This document shows positions 29,193 to 39,345 of a DNA stretch of 64,000 nucleotides, in pieces. Under the pieces are notes generated by a model. It was not told the origin of the DNA and ran no database searches. It worked only from the letters and a program-made list of their open reading frames with translations. The position numbers were made by a program, and so were the translations under genes. Origin of the DNA: Pseudomonadota bacterium (GTDB lineage Bacteria > Pseudomonadota > Gammaproteobacteria > Burkholderiales > SG8-39). The DNA lies in the NCBI GenBank assembly GCA_021811085.1, contig JAJZPQ010000001.1, forward strand, positions 81,428 through 145,427, written 5' to 3'. Position 1 is the first letter of the stretch, and every line of letters starts with the position of its first letter.

Positions 29193-30629
29193 TCAGTCAT
29201 GACCCGCGCGCCGGCCCTTTCGCGCGCGGGAGAGATCGCTCCATAATCCGACGACAGCGACTACGAAGGGCAGGATCAGCAGGAACAGGAAGCTTCGATC
29301 GAGCGACTGAAACCATTGGGCCCAAATGCGGTAGTCGAACATTTCGAGCGCCGACTGCGGTACCGCGCGGAAGCAGAAAACGGCAACAATTGTCGGCGGC
29401 AGCGCCGCAAAGAAGAGCCCCAGGGGATTGATCGACTGCTCGTCGAAGGAGTTCTTCAGAATCGCGAAGCCCGCCGGGTTCGGCGCATTGGCGATGACCG
29501 TGAGTCCGCCTCCGGTGACGGCACCGGCAACCAAGGCGTACTTGAACTCGTCGGTTACGCCGCTGACCAAGGATCCCAGATAGGTCAGCGCCGCATTGTC
29601 GGTGATCGCCGTCAATGCCGTCGCGCCGTAATACAGCGTCGTTTCGTTGAGGCTGGACAAGACCGCCTGCAGCCACCATTGCTGCTGCCCGCCAAGAACC
29701 ACGAGTCCGGCCAGGAAAAACGCCACCATGAGCCCCTCGCGCAGCATCAGGCCGTCGTGATGCCTCTTGTACGCCTCGGCCAGTCCGAGAAACAACAGAA
29801 ACAGGCCCACGAACATCTCGGGATGGTGACTGGTGGCCACGACTCCGGCCAGAATCGCAAGATTGACCAGGACGAAAGCAGCAGGCGCGCGCGTCCTGGT
29901 GCCATGCACGTTGGCGTTGGCCTTCTGCGTGAGTTCCTTTTTGAACAAAAGCGTCAGGACTAGCGCGTTGGTCGCGACTGCGACGAGCGCCTTCCAGCCG
30001 AACATGGAGAATACCGTTCCCGTGTCCCATCCCCATTTCGCCGCGACCATGAGTATCGGCGGCGCGGCAAAATTGGTCAGCGTCCCGCCTATGGACACGT
30101 TGACGAAAAGCACCCCCAGGGTCAGATACTTCAGTCTGTTCGAGGCCTGGCGGGAGAAAATCACGTCGCGCAGCATCAGTGCCGCCAGGGTCATCGCAGC
30201 AGGTTCGGTGACGAAGGAACCGAACAGCGGCACCACCGACAGGGCAAGAAAATAGTAGGCCACGGCGGCCGGCAGCGGAACGACCAGCGCCAGCCGCCTG
30301 ACCGCGTCCGACACGAGCTGCAGGATCGGTTTGCTCGCCGCAATCACCATGATGACGAACACGAACATGGGCTCGACGAAGCGGCTCTGGTCGAGATAAT
30401 CGGACGCCGCCCCCCAACCCAGCGCCGCGGCCATGAAGACCAACAGCACGAAGGACCAAAAGCCGAAGACGGTCTCAACCTCGCCCAGCAGATGCCACAA
30501 GCCTGCGTGGCCGGGCCGCGTGTGCGCGAGATGCTCGAAATATTTGGTGGAAAAGGTATGCAGGATGGCCAGGCCGAACAGCGTGGCCCCGGTTAACTCG
30601 ATCCAGGTGACAGCGATCATCGTTTGCAT
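29193..30629 (-). CDS. Putative Na+/H+ antiporter (DUF1504-like)
   Basis: HLLGEVETVFGFW, SFVTEPAAMTLAA, NVSIGGTLTNFAAPP, GGGLTVIANAPNPAG; many TM segments. Confidence 0.8.
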   Translation of the reverse strand: MQTMIAVTWIELTGATLFGLAILHTFSTKYFEHLAHTRPGHAGLWHLLGEVETVFGFWSFVLLVFMAAALGWGAASDYLDQSRFVEPMFVFVIMVIAASKPILQLVSDAVRRLALVVPLPAAVAYYFLALSVVPLFGSFVTEPAAMTLAALMLRDVIFSRQASNRLKYLTLGVLFVNVSIGGTLTNFAAPPILMVAAKWGWDTGTVFSMFGWKALVAVATNALVLTLLFKKELTQKANANVHGTRTRAPAAFVLVNLAILAGVVATSHHPEMFVGLFLLFLGLAEAYKRHHDGLMLREGLMVAFFLAGLVVLGGQQQWWLQAVLSSLNETTLYYGATALTAITDNAALTYLGSLVSGVTDEFKYALVAGAVTGGGLTVIANAPNPAGFAILKNSFDEQSINPLGLFFAALPPTIVAVFCFRAVPQSALEMFDYRIWAQWFQSLDRSFLFLLILPFVVAVVGLWSDLSRARKGRRAGHD

Positions 30630-30773
30630 GGAGCTGCCTCTCTTGAAGAATGCCAGGAGCCCCGATATTAGAGTCGGCCGCACACGATGAAAATTCGCAT
30701 TTTGACGTAAGCAAATTTACGTACTTGCCATCGACGACCTCCGGTCCCATCATTAGACATTCCCGGTCGAACG

Positions 30774-32399
30774 ATGCGTAACGTATTGATGCTGGCTGAT
30801 CTCTCAATGTTCGGATCGCGCCGTTCGCTTGCTGCGCACGTCAGGGATGCGGTCCTGTTCGCTGTGTGCTATGTGGCGCTTGACTGGGCGAGCTACATCT
30901 ACCCGCTCGGTCCGTTCAATATCACGCCCTGGAATCCTCCGCCTGCGCTCAGCATCGTCTGGATGATGCTCGGCGGCTTGGGTTACGCACCCGTTATATT
31001 CGGCACCATCTTCATTGCCGACATCATCATCCGGCAGGCACCCGGAGGTATCCTGATCACAGCGCTGACCTCGCTGGTGCTGGCCGGGGGCTACACCGCA
31101 ATCGCGGGAACGCTGCGCTATTTCCTCAAATCCGATTCGAGGCTCGGCGACACGCGGCAGTTATGGATTTTTGTCGCCGTTACGACGAGCGGAACTGTGA
31201 TCGTCGGGACTCTCTACGTCGGGCTGCTGTGGGCGAATGGCTTTCTCGTCGGCGAGTTGTTCAGCGCCGCCGTGTTCCGGTTCTGGCTCGGCGATGCGGT
31301 AGGCGTGCTGATTACCGCGCCCCTGCTGTTGCTGGCTGCGGATAACGCCGCACGTGAGCATTTGCGCAATTTCCTGCGCAAACCCGATACTCCCCTCCAG
31401 TTCGCGGTGATGGTGGCGACGGTGTATTTCGTATTCAAGGGTGCGGGCGGCGATCCGTCGAAGTTTTTCTATCTCCTGTTCCTGCCGCTGATCTGGATCG
31501 CTTTGCGCGGCGGGTTCGTCGGCGCTGCGCTGGCCTCCGGCGTGGTCCAGCTTGGCGTGGTCTTGGGTTCCCACGGCGGGCCGGTGCACTCGCTGGCGCT
31601 GGTCGAATTGCAGGCACTGGTGGCCGCGCTCTCGCTTACCGGGCTGTTTCTCGGCGTCATGGTCGACGAGCGGGAGCGGGCAACGGAAAGCCTCAAGGCG
31701 TCGCTGCGGCTCGCCGCGGCGGGTGAGATGGCCGGTGCCATCGCCCACGAAATCAATCAGCCGCTAGCCGCGCTGAGCAACTACGGCAGGGCCTGCCAGC
31801 TCTTTCTGGAGCGCGGCGAAGGCAAGATTCCCTATGCCGAGCTCAACGCCACGATTGAAAAGATGCTGGGTGAGTCCAAGCGCGCCGCCGAGGTGGTGGG
31901 CCGCCTGCGGGATTTCTTCCGGAGCGGGACCACGCGCCTGGAACACGTGACGGTGGAAAGCCTGCTGGCAAGGGCGCAGCGCATCGGCAGCAAGCTCGAC
32001 CCGACCGGCGAGGCCGATTTCAGGATCGAGAACAACGCGGGCACAACGGTGTTGCTGGCGGATCGACTGCAAATCGAATTGGTCCTGCGCAATTTGATTG
32101 CAAATGCGTTCGAGGCGATAGCCAATCTGCCAAAGGGAGAGAAAGGCGTCACAGTTTCGGCCCAGAGCGTAGAGGCGGGCCAGATTCTGTTCCGGGTTAG
32201 GGATAGCGGGCCGGGACTCACGCCTTCGGCACGCAAGCTGTTGTTCGAACCCTTCTCGACCACCAAGCCCATGGGAATGGGATTGGGTCTGGCCATAAGC
32301 CAGGCGATCGCCGAAGCGCACGGCGGATCGCTCAGTGCCGCGCGCACCAAACACGGCGAATTTCACCTGCTGCTTCCAGGACTTGCGGCCGATGAGTAG
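30774..32399 (+). CDS. MASE1 membrane sensor histidine kinase
   Basis: N-terminal TM region (PWNPPPAL); H-box AIAHEINQPL; N, G1, F and G2 boxes (DSGPG, FSTTKPMGMGLGL). Confidence 0.88.
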   Translation: MRNVLMLADLSMFGSRRSLAAHVRDAVLFAVCYVALDWASYIYPLGPFNITPWNPPPALSIVWMMLGGLGYAPVIFGTIFIADIIIRQAPGGILITALTSLVLAGGYTAIAGTLRYFLKSDSRLGDTRQLWIFVAVTTSGTVIVGTLYVGLLWANGFLVGELFSAAVFRFWLGDAVGVLITAPLLLLAADNAAREHLRNFLRKPDTPLQFAVMVATVYFVFKGAGGDPSKFFYLLFLPLIWIALRGGFVGAALASGVVQLGVVLGSHGGPVHSLALVELQALVAALSLTGLFLGVMVDERERATESLKASLRLAAAGEMAGAIAHEINQPLAALSNYGRACQLFLERGEGKIPYAELNATIEKMLGESKRAAEVVGRLRDFFRSGTTRLEHVTVESLLARAQRIGSKLDPTGEADFRIENNAGTTVLLADRLQIELVLRNLIANAFEAIANLPKGEKGVTVSAQSVEAGQILFRVRDSGPGLTPSARKLLFEPFSTTKPMGMGLGLAISQAIAEAHGGSLSAARTKHGEFHLLLPGLAADE

Positions 32400-33015
32400 C
32401 CCGGTTCATGACGTTCTCACCGTCTATATCGTCGAGGACGATGCCGCCATGCGCGACTCGCTGTCGCTGATGCTTGGGCTCCTGGGTTTTCGCACGGTAT
32501 CGTTCGAAAGCGCCGAAGCGTTCCTCGACACGTATCGGGACCAATGGGCCGGCTGCGTGGTGGCAGACCTCCGGCTTCCGGGAATGAGCGGAATCGAGCT
32601 GCAGGCAGACCTGCGTGCGAGAGGGAAGAAACTGCCCTTTGTGATTATCACCGGACACGGGGACGTGAAATCGGCCCGTGCCGCATTCCAATCGGAAGCG
32701 GTCGATTTCATCGAAAAGCCGTTCGATGAAGCGGAGCTGCGGCTGGCGATCGAAAAGGGCTTCGAGCGGGAGTCCAAGCGCATTCAGAGCGCGGAAACCG
32801 GCAACGACCAGACATTGCGGCTGGCGAAGCTGACGCAGCGCGAGCGCGAAGTTCTGGAACTGGTCGGGAAAGGACTGCATGCGAAGGAAATCGCAGCCTC
32901 GCTCAACATCAGCGCGCGTACGGTCGAGGTGCACAAGGCCCGCCTGATGGCCAAACTCGAAGCACGCAACGTTTCCGAGCTGGTCCGGTTCGCGCTCGCC
33001 GCGGAGAAGGGGTAG
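32392..33015 (+). CDS. FixJ/LuxR family response regulator
   Basis: VEDD, DLRLPGMSG, ITGHGD, LTQREREVL HTH. Confidence 0.92.
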   Translation: MSSPVHDVLTVYIVEDDAAMRDSLSLMLGLLGFRTVSFESAEAFLDTYRDQWAGCVVADLRLPGMSGIELQADLRARGKKLPFVIITGHGDVKSARAAFQSEAVDFIEKPFDEAELRLAIEKGFERESKRIQSAETGNDQTLRLAKLTQREREVLELVGKGLHAKEIAASLNISARTVEVHKARLMAKLEARNVSELVRFALAAEKG

Positions 33016-33085
33016 CTCGATGCGGCAGCGCGAGAAGGGGACCTCTCAAATTCCGTCGCGGCGCACGCAGGCTCGCGCGCCCCGT

Positions 33086-34249
33086 TCAATACGAGCGCGG
33101 CATGCCGAGGATGTGCTCGCCGATGTAGGACAGCACCAGGTTGGTCGAGATCGGCGCGATCTGAAACAGGCGCGTCTCGCGCCATTTTCGCTCGACGTCG
33201 TATTCGCGCGCGTAGCCGAAGCCGCCGTGGGTCTGCATGCAGGCTTCGGCCGCATGCCAGGCCGCTTCCGAGGCGAGCAGCTTGCCCAGGTTGGCTTCGT
33301 CGCCGCAGGGCAGGCCGGCCTGAAACAGTGCCGCGGCTTTGCGCAGCATCAGGTCCGCCGCCTGGGTTTCGGCGTAGGCGCGCGCGATCGGGAACTGCAC
33401 GCCCTGGTTCTGTCCGATCGGCCGGTCGAACACCACGCGCTCTGTCGCGTAGGCCACCGCCTTCTGCGTGAACCAGCGCGCGTCGCCGAGCGCTTCGCAG
33501 GACACGAGAATGCGCTCGGCGTTCATGCCGTCGAGGATGTATTTGAAGCCCCTGCCCTCTTCGCCGATCAGGTTCTCCGCGGGCACGCGCGCGCCGTCGA
33601 AGAACACCTCGGTGGCGTTGTGGTTGACCATCGCCGGCAGGGGCTTGATTTCCAGGCCCTTGCCGCGGCAGTCGCGGATGTCGAGCAGGAACACCGACAG
33701 GCCGTCGGTTTTCTTTTTTACCTGGTCCACGGGCGTGGTGCGCGCGAGCAGCAGCATGAGGTCGGAGTGCAGCGCGCGCGAGGTCCACACCTTCTGACCG
33801 TAGATCAGGTAGTGGTCGCCTTGCCGCACCGCGCGCGTCTTCAGCTTGGTGGTGTCGGTGCCGGTGGTCGGTTCGGTCACGCCGAAGGCCTGCAGCCGCA
33901 GCGCGCCGCTCGCGATCTGCGGCAGGTATTGCGTCTTCTGCCTCGCGTTGCCGTGGCGCAGCAGCGTGCCCATGATGTACATCTGCGCGTGGCAGGCGCC
34001 GGCGTTGCAGCCGGAGGCATGAATCTCCTCCAGGATCGCGGCGGCCGCGCGCAAGGGGAGGCCCGCGCCGCCGTATTCCTCCGGAATCAGCGCCGCGAGG
34101 TAACCGGCCTCGGTCAGCGCGCGCACAAACTCGGTCGGGTAGGCTTCGCGCGCCTCCAGTTCGCGCCAATAAGCGCCCGGGAATTGCGCGCAAATGCGGC
34201 GCACGCTATCGCGGATTTCGGGAAAGTCCTCGCCCAGCGCGAAGCTCAC
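33086..34249 (-). CDS. Acyl-CoA dehydrogenase
   Basis: FGVTEP, GQKVWTSR, GGFGYAREYDVER; GTG start after GAGGA. Confidence 0.9.
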   Translation of the reverse strand: MSFALGEDFPEIRDSVRRICAQFPGAYWRELEAREAYPTEFVRALTEAGYLAALIPEEYGGAGLPLRAAAAILEEIHASGCNAGACHAQMYIMGTLLRHGNARQKTQYLPQIASGALRLQAFGVTEPTTGTDTTKLKTRAVRQGDHYLIYGQKVWTSRALHSDLMLLLARTTPVDQVKKKTDGLSVFLLDIRDCRGKGLEIKPLPAMVNHNATEVFFDGARVPAENLIGEEGRGFKYILDGMNAERILVSCEALGDARWFTQKAVAYATERVVFDRPIGQNQGVQFPIARAYAETQAADLMLRKAAALFQAGLPCGDEANLGKLLASEAAWHAAEACMQTHGGFGYAREYDVERKWRETRLFQIAPISTNLVLSYIGEHILGMPRSY

Positions 34250-34302
34250 GTCCTCAATTCTTGGTGCGGCACCCATGTCCGGCGTTCCTCTTGTCTATCT
34301 GC

Positions 34303-35247
34303 CTATGCCGCGCGGCGCGCGCTTGCAGGCACATAATTGCGCGGCAGGCCGGCGCGCGCGAGCGCGCCGTGCATCTCGATGTCGGGCAGGGCGGCGCGCA
34401 CGATTTCGCGCACGGCGAGCAGCTTCTCCAGGTCGACGCCGGTGGTGAGCCCCATCGAATCGAGCATGAAGCACAGGTCGTCCATCACGATATTGCCGGT
34501 CGCACCCGGCGCGAACGGGCAGCCGCCCAGGCCCGCGAGCGAAGCATCGAAGGCCCGCACGCCGCATTCGAGCGCGGCATCGACGTTGGCGAGCCCCGTG
34601 CCGCGCGTATTGTGGAAATGCGCCGCCACGGGCAGCTTGCCCACCGCCGCCGTCACCGCGCGGAATACCGCGCGCACCTGCGCCGGATCGCCGTAGCCGA
34701 CGGTGTCGGCCACCACCAGTTCGTCGGCGCCGGCCTCGGCCAACTGCACTGCATACTTGACCACGTCGTCCACCGGCACCCGCCCTTCGTAAGAGCAGCC
34801 CAGCGCCGTGGACAGCCCGCCGACGATCAGCGGCCGCTCGAGCGCGGGCTTGGCGCGCACGAGTTCGACGATGCGCCTGAAGTCGGCGACCGACTCCTCG
34901 CGTTCGCGCCGCACGTTCTTGAGGTTGTGCGTCTTGCTCACCGACATGACGAAATTGAGCTTGTGCACGCCCAGCGCGAGGCCGCGTTCCGCGCCCTTGG
35001 AATTCGGGATCAGCGCCGCGACCGTGAGTCCCGGGACGGCGAGCGCGCGCCGCGTGACTTTCTCGGCATCGACGAACTGCGGGATCAGCTTCGGCGGCAC
35101 GTAGGAAGTGACCTCGATTTCGCTCACGCCCGCCGCGGCCTCGGCCTCGATCCAGGCGATCTTGCTCGCGGTCGGCATGAACGTGGCGTGGATCTGCAGG
35201 CCGTCGCGCAAGCCCACTTCGCGCACGATGACGTCGACATTGTTCAT
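34303..35247 (-). CDS. HMG-CoA lyase family protein
   Basis: REVGLRDGLQ, HFHNTRG, LGGCPFAPGATGN. Confidence 0.9.
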   Translation of the reverse strand: MNNVDVIVREVGLRDGLQIHATFMPTASKIAWIEAEAAAGVSEIEVTSYVPPKLIPQFVDAEKVTRRALAVPGLTVAALIPNSKGAERGLALGVHKLNFVMSVSKTHNLKNVRREREESVADFRRIVELVRAKPALERPLIVGGLSTALGCSYEGRVPVDDVVKYAVQLAEAGADELVVADTVGYGDPAQVRAVFRAVTAAVGKLPVAAHFHNTRGTGLANVDAALECGVRAFDASLAGLGGCPFAPGATGNIVMDDLCFMLDSMGLTTGVDLEKLLAVREIVRAALPDIEMHGALARAGLPRNYVPASARRAA

Positions 35248-35248
35248 T

Positions 35249-36046
35249 TCATTGTCCTTTGAATACAGGTTTGCGCTTTTCGTTGAACGCCTTGATGCCC
35301 TCGTAACGGTCCTCGGTTTCCACGAGGTGGTTGTACGCTTCGACTTCGAAGCGGTAGGCGGTCTTCAGTTCCATCTGCATGCCGAAGCGCACCGATTTCT
35401 TCACCTGGCGGATGGACAGCGGCGCGTTGCCGGCGATGGTGCGCGCGGTGTCGAGCACCTTGGGCATGAGTTCGCCCGGCTCGCAGATGTCGTTGACCAC
35501 GCCCCAGGCTAGCGCCTGCTGTGCGGAAAACGGGCGCGCGGTCATGATGATCTCCTTGGCGCGGCGCTCGCCCACGGCGCGCGGCAGGTTCTGCGTGCCG
35601 CCGGCGCCGGGCATGATGCCCAGGGTCACTTCGGTCAGCGCGAAGCGCGCAGTCTTGACCGCATAGGCGAAGTCGCAGGAGAGCACGGCTTCGAAACCGC
35701 CGGCATAGGCATGGCCGTTGACCGCTGCGATCACCGGCACGGGCAGGTCGGTCATCGCCCAATAATGGCGCTCGAACAGTTCGTGCTGGCGCCGCCATTG
35801 TTCGCGCGTCATGCCGTTCCTTTCCTTCAGGTCGGCGCCGGCGCAGAACACCCGGTCGCCCGCGCCGGTGAGCACGACGCAGCGCACGTCGCCCGCGTCT
35901 TCGGTCAGGCGCGTCCACAGGTCGATGAAATCGCGCCCCATCTGGGTGTTGAGCGCATTCGCGACCTCGGGGCGGTTGAGCGTGACCAGCAGCACATGCG
36001 GCGCCGCGATCTCGGTCTTGAGGGTGGCATAGTCGGGCAGGTCCAT
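35249..36046 (-). CDS. Enoyl-CoA hydratase/isomerase
   Basis: LNRPEVANAL, FCAGADLKE, AYAGGFE, PGAGGTQ. Confidence 0.9.
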   Translation of the reverse strand: MDLPDYATLKTEIAAPHVLLVTLNRPEVANALNTQMGRDFIDLWTRLTEDAGDVRCVVLTGAGDRVFCAGADLKERNGMTREQWRRQHELFERHYWAMTDLPVPVIAAVNGHAYAGGFEAVLSCDFAYAVKTARFALTEVTLGIMPGAGGTQNLPRAVGERRAKEIIMTARPFSAQQALAWGVVNDICEPGELMPKVLDTARTIAGNAPLSIRQVKKSVRFGMQMELKTAYRFEVEAYNHLVETEDRYEGIKAFNEKRKPVFKGQ

Positions 36047-36053
36047 AGTCGTC

Positions 36054-37196
36054 TCACTTGTCGGTTTTGAAAATTTCGTTGGTATGCTCGCCCAGCTTGG
36101 GCGGGCGGCCGCGGATCGCGGGGCGCTTGCCGTCGAAGCTGAGCGGCAGGCCGATGAACTTCATCGCGCTGTCGGGTACGTCCTGCATCAGGCCGAGCGC
36201 GCCGGTCTGTTCGTGCGCGATCATCTCGGCCACGTTCTGCACCGGGGCACAGGGAATGCCGGCCGCCTCGAGCAGGGCGGTCCACTCGGCGGTGCCGCGC
36301 TTTTTCATTTCCGTTTCGATCATGGCGTATAGCTCGCCCTGGTTCGCGACTCGCTTGGGGTTGGTGAGGAAACGCGCGTCTTCGCCCCATTCCGGGTGGC
36401 CGAGCACCTGCGCCAGCTTGCGGAACAGCGCTTCGCTGCCGGCGGCGACGACGAGGTCGCTGTCGCGCGTCGCATAGGCGCGATAGGGCACGATGCCGAT
36501 CGCGCCCGAGCCCAGCCGCTTGGGCAATTCACCCGAGGCCTGATAGTTGGCGGCGAGCAGCGACATCCAGCCGGCCGCGGTTTCGAACAGCGACACGTCG
36601 ACGACGCCGCCGCGGCCGGTCTCGGCGCGGCGCTTGAGCGCGGTCAGCATGCCGATCACCGCCCACATGCCGGTGCCGAGGTCGATGATGGAGGGGCCGA
36701 CGCGCACCGGCGGCCGCCCTTCCTCGCCGGTGGTGCTCATGATGCCGCCGAAGGCCTGCATCAGCGGGTCGTAGCCCGGGCGGTCCTTGAGCGGGCCCCT
36801 GCTGCCGAACGCGCCGAGATTGCAGTAGATCAGCGCCGGCTTGTCCGCGCACAGCGCGGCGCCGTCGAGGCCGAGCTTCTCCACCTGGCCCGGGCGCATG
36901 TTCTGCAGCACGATGTCGGCGCGATCATGGATCAGGCGTTTGAGCGCGCCGAGCTGCGCCGCGTCGCGCAGATCGCACACCACGGATTTCTTGTTGCGGT
37001 TGAGCGGCTGGAACGTGGCCGACGCCCCCTCCCAGAACGGCGGCCCCCAATGGCGTGCATCGTCGCCTTCGGCTTTCTCCACCTTGATCACCTCTGCGCC
37101 GAGATCCGCGAGGATCTGGCCGGCAAAAGGCGCGGCGACGCTGTGGCCCAGCTCGATCACCGTCAGACCCGCGAGCGGTGTGCCGTTTTCATTCAT
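36054..37196 (-). CDS. CaiB/BaiF family III CoA-transferase
   Basis: LAGLTVIELG, LGAEVIKVE, NRNKKSV, QNMRPG, GYDPLMQA. Confidence 0.9.
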   Translation of the reverse strand: MNENGTPLAGLTVIELGHSVAAPFAGQILADLGAEVIKVEKAEGDDARHWGPPFWEGASATFQPLNRNKKSVVCDLRDAAQLGALKRLIHDRADIVLQNMRPGQVEKLGLDGAALCADKPALIYCNLGAFGSRGPLKDRPGYDPLMQAFGGIMSTTGEEGRPPVRVGPSIIDLGTGMWAVIGMLTALKRRAETGRGGVVDVSLFETAAGWMSLLAANYQASGELPKRLGSGAIGIVPYRAYATRDSDLVVAAGSEALFRKLAQVLGHPEWGEDARFLTNPKRVANQGELYAMIETEMKKRGTAEWTALLEAAGIPCAPVQNVAEMIAHEQTGALGLMQDVPDSAMKFIGLPLSFDGKRPAIRGRPPKLGEHTNEIFKTDK

Positions 37197-37210
37197 GCCG
37201 GAGCGCTGCG

Positions 37211-38083
37211 TCACTTTTTCGGGCCGCCGAGGAAACTCTCGCCCCAGCGCGCGTAATCGGCTTCGCGGCTGACCTGCTGCATCAGCTGCGCCGAGGCCAG
37301 GTTCGCCAGCTTGGCCGGCGGCGTGCCCTCGCGCAGCGCTTTCATGGTTTCGCGCACCGCCGCCACCGCGGCCATGAACGGCTGATGCCCCTGCAGGCTG
37401 ATGCGCACCCCGTGCTCGCCCAGAAACTCGCGGTCGTTCAGGTCGGCGCCGACGCCGCCGAGCACGATCGGAATCCTGCATTCGCCCGCGAGCGCTTCGA
37501 GCTGGGCGCGCGTGCGCACGCCGAGGAAGAACAGCGCGTCGACGCCCGCCGCGGCGTAGGCCCGCCCGCGTGCGAGCGCGTCCTCGAGGCCGCTGACCGC
37601 CATGGCGCTGGTGCGTCCGACGATGGCAAGGCGCGGATCGCGCCGCGCGGCGAGCGCGGCTTTCATCTTGCCTACGCCCTCGTCGATCGAAGTCAGCTTT
37701 ATTGCGCCGCCTGCGCCGTAGGCCTGGGGCAGGACGGTGTCCTCTATGGTGAGCGCGGCGACGCCGGCGGTCTCGATCTCTTCCACCGTGCGCATGACGT
37801 TGAGCGCATTGCCGTAGCCGTGGTCCGCGTCCACCAACAGCGGCAACGTGCCGGCGCGGCAGATGCGACGCGCCTGCGCGGCGAATTCCGTCAACGTGAT
37901 CAGCGTCTGGTCGGGCGCGCCCAGCACCGTCAGCGAGGCAACCGAGCCGGCGAACATGCCGAGCTCGAAGCCCAGGTCTGCCGCGATGCGGGCCGAGACC
38001 GGATCGAATACCGAAGCCGGATGGATGCAAGCCTTGCCCTCCAGTATTGCGCGCAAGCGCTCGCGCTGTTCAGTCCATCGCAT
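37211..38083 (-). CDS. Oxaloacetate decarboxylase, isocitrate lyase/PEP mutase family
   Basis: ASVFDPVSARIA, LLVDADHGYGNALNV, TIEDT. Confidence 0.82.
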   Translation of the reverse strand: MRWTEQRERLRAILEGKACIHPASVFDPVSARIAADLGFELGMFAGSVASLTVLGAPDQTLITLTEFAAQARRICRAGTLPLLVDADHGYGNALNVMRTVEEIETAGVAALTIEDTVLPQAYGAGGAIKLTSIDEGVGKMKAALAARRDPRLAIVGRTSAMAVSGLEDALARGRAYAAAGVDALFFLGVRTRAQLEALAGECRIPIVLGGVGADLNDREFLGEHGVRISLQGHQPFMAAVAAVRETMKALREGTPPAKLANLASAQLMQQVSREADYARWGESFLGGPKK

Positions 38084-38124
38084 GTTGTTCGGTGCCTTTG
38101 TGTGATTCGGGGTTTCGTCGCCGC

Positions 38125-39207
38125 TCAGTAAAAAGCCTGTTCTTCGAGCGTGAGCAGCGGGAATGCGCTCAGGGCCGCGCCGGTACTGACCGGAGGCGCC
38201 GGATGCAGATAGCTCCGGTCGAGGCCGGCCCAGGAGTTGACGCCGAGCAATCCGAGGCAGATGTGTATCTCCTGTTCCAGGATCTCGAGCAGGCGCACCA
38301 GACCCGCCTGTCCGCCCGCAGCCAGGCCGATGCATTGCATGCGGCCGATGCCGACCAGGCTCGCGCCGGCAGCGAGCGCCTTGACGATGTCCGTGCCGCG
38401 GTTGAATCCGCCGTCGATGATGATGGGGGTGCGTCCGCCGACCGCGGCGGCGATTTCGGGCAGCACGTCCATGGCGCCGCGGCCGTAATCGAGCTGGCGC
38501 CCGCCGTGATTCGAGACGTAGATCATGTCCACGCCGTGCTCCAGCGCGAGCGTGGCGTCCTCCGCCGTGGCGATGCCTTTGAGGATCAGCGGGAGCGCGA
38601 ACTTGGCCTTGAGCCGGGCGACGTCGCTCCAGGTGAGCCGCGCCTGAAATTCCCGTTGCGGCATCGGGCCGCTGCGGCTGTGGCGTTTGGCCAGGTCGCG
38701 CTCGCGCCGGCTGTAATAGGCGGTATCGACGGTGAGGCAGAATGCGCCGTAGCCGGCCGCAATGGCGCGCTCGGCCATCGCATCGACCCAGGCGGCGTCG
38801 CCGCGCGTGTAGAGCTGGAACATGCGCAAGGCATCGGGCGCGGCCTGCGCCACGGCTTCCAGGCCCGGATCACACACCGAACTCAGCATGTGCGCCACGC
38901 CGAACTGCTGCGCTGCCTTGGCCGCCGCGCCGCCGCCTTCGGGCGCGAACAGCTCCAGGCCGCCGATAGGCGCGAGCACCAGCGGCAGGCGCAGCGTGCG
39001 CCCGAGGAATTTTGTCGAAGCATCGATATGGCTGACGTCGCGCAGCACGCGCGGGCGGAAGGCGAGGGAATCGAGCGCGAGCCGGTTGCGCCGGAGCGTC
39101 GTTTCGGTCTCGGCGCCGCCGACAATATAGTCCCAGTTGTCGTGGTTCAGTTTTTGCCGGGCTTTTTTGACCAGCTCGTGCAGCGTCAGAAATTGGGGTG
39201 CGGTCAT
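38125..39207 (-). CDS. FMN-dependent alpha-hydroxy acid oxidase/dehydrogenase
   Basis: LILKGI, SNHGGRQLD, DGGFNRGTD. Confidence 0.9.
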   Translation of the reverse strand: MTAPQFLTLHELVKKARQKLNHDNWDYIVGGAETETTLRRNRLALDSLAFRPRVLRDVSHIDASTKFLGRTLRLPLVLAPIGGLELFAPEGGGAAAKAAQQFGVAHMLSSVCDPGLEAVAQAAPDALRMFQLYTRGDAAWVDAMAERAIAAGYGAFCLTVDTAYYSRRERDLAKRHSRSGPMPQREFQARLTWSDVARLKAKFALPLILKGIATAEDATLALEHGVDMIYVSNHGGRQLDYGRGAMDVLPEIAAAVGGRTPIIIDGGFNRGTDIVKALAAGASLVGIGRMQCIGLAAGGQAGLVRLLEILEQEIHICLGLLGVNSWAGLDRSYLHPAPPVSTGAALSAFPLLTLEEQAFY

Positions 39208-39264
39208 CGTGATTTTGTTGAACGGCAGGGCCGCGGATGGATCTTGCACTTTACAAGACAATCG

Positions 39265-39278
39265 AATGTACGTACATT
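39265..39278. promoter_or_regulatory. Perfect 14-bp palindrome, candidate GntR-type operator
   Basis: AATGTACGTACATT in the divergent promoter between the oxidase gene and dctP. Confidence 0.55.
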
Positions 39279-39345
39279 GAAACGCACGCCGGGTTCCGCT
39301 GTCAATCGAACCGGCGATAAAAACATAATTTTTTGAGGAGAGGAC

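Noticed and set aside
30702-30715. FNR-like TTGAC-GTAA-GCAAA before the histidine kinase
   Set aside because: The second half-site has multiple mismatches
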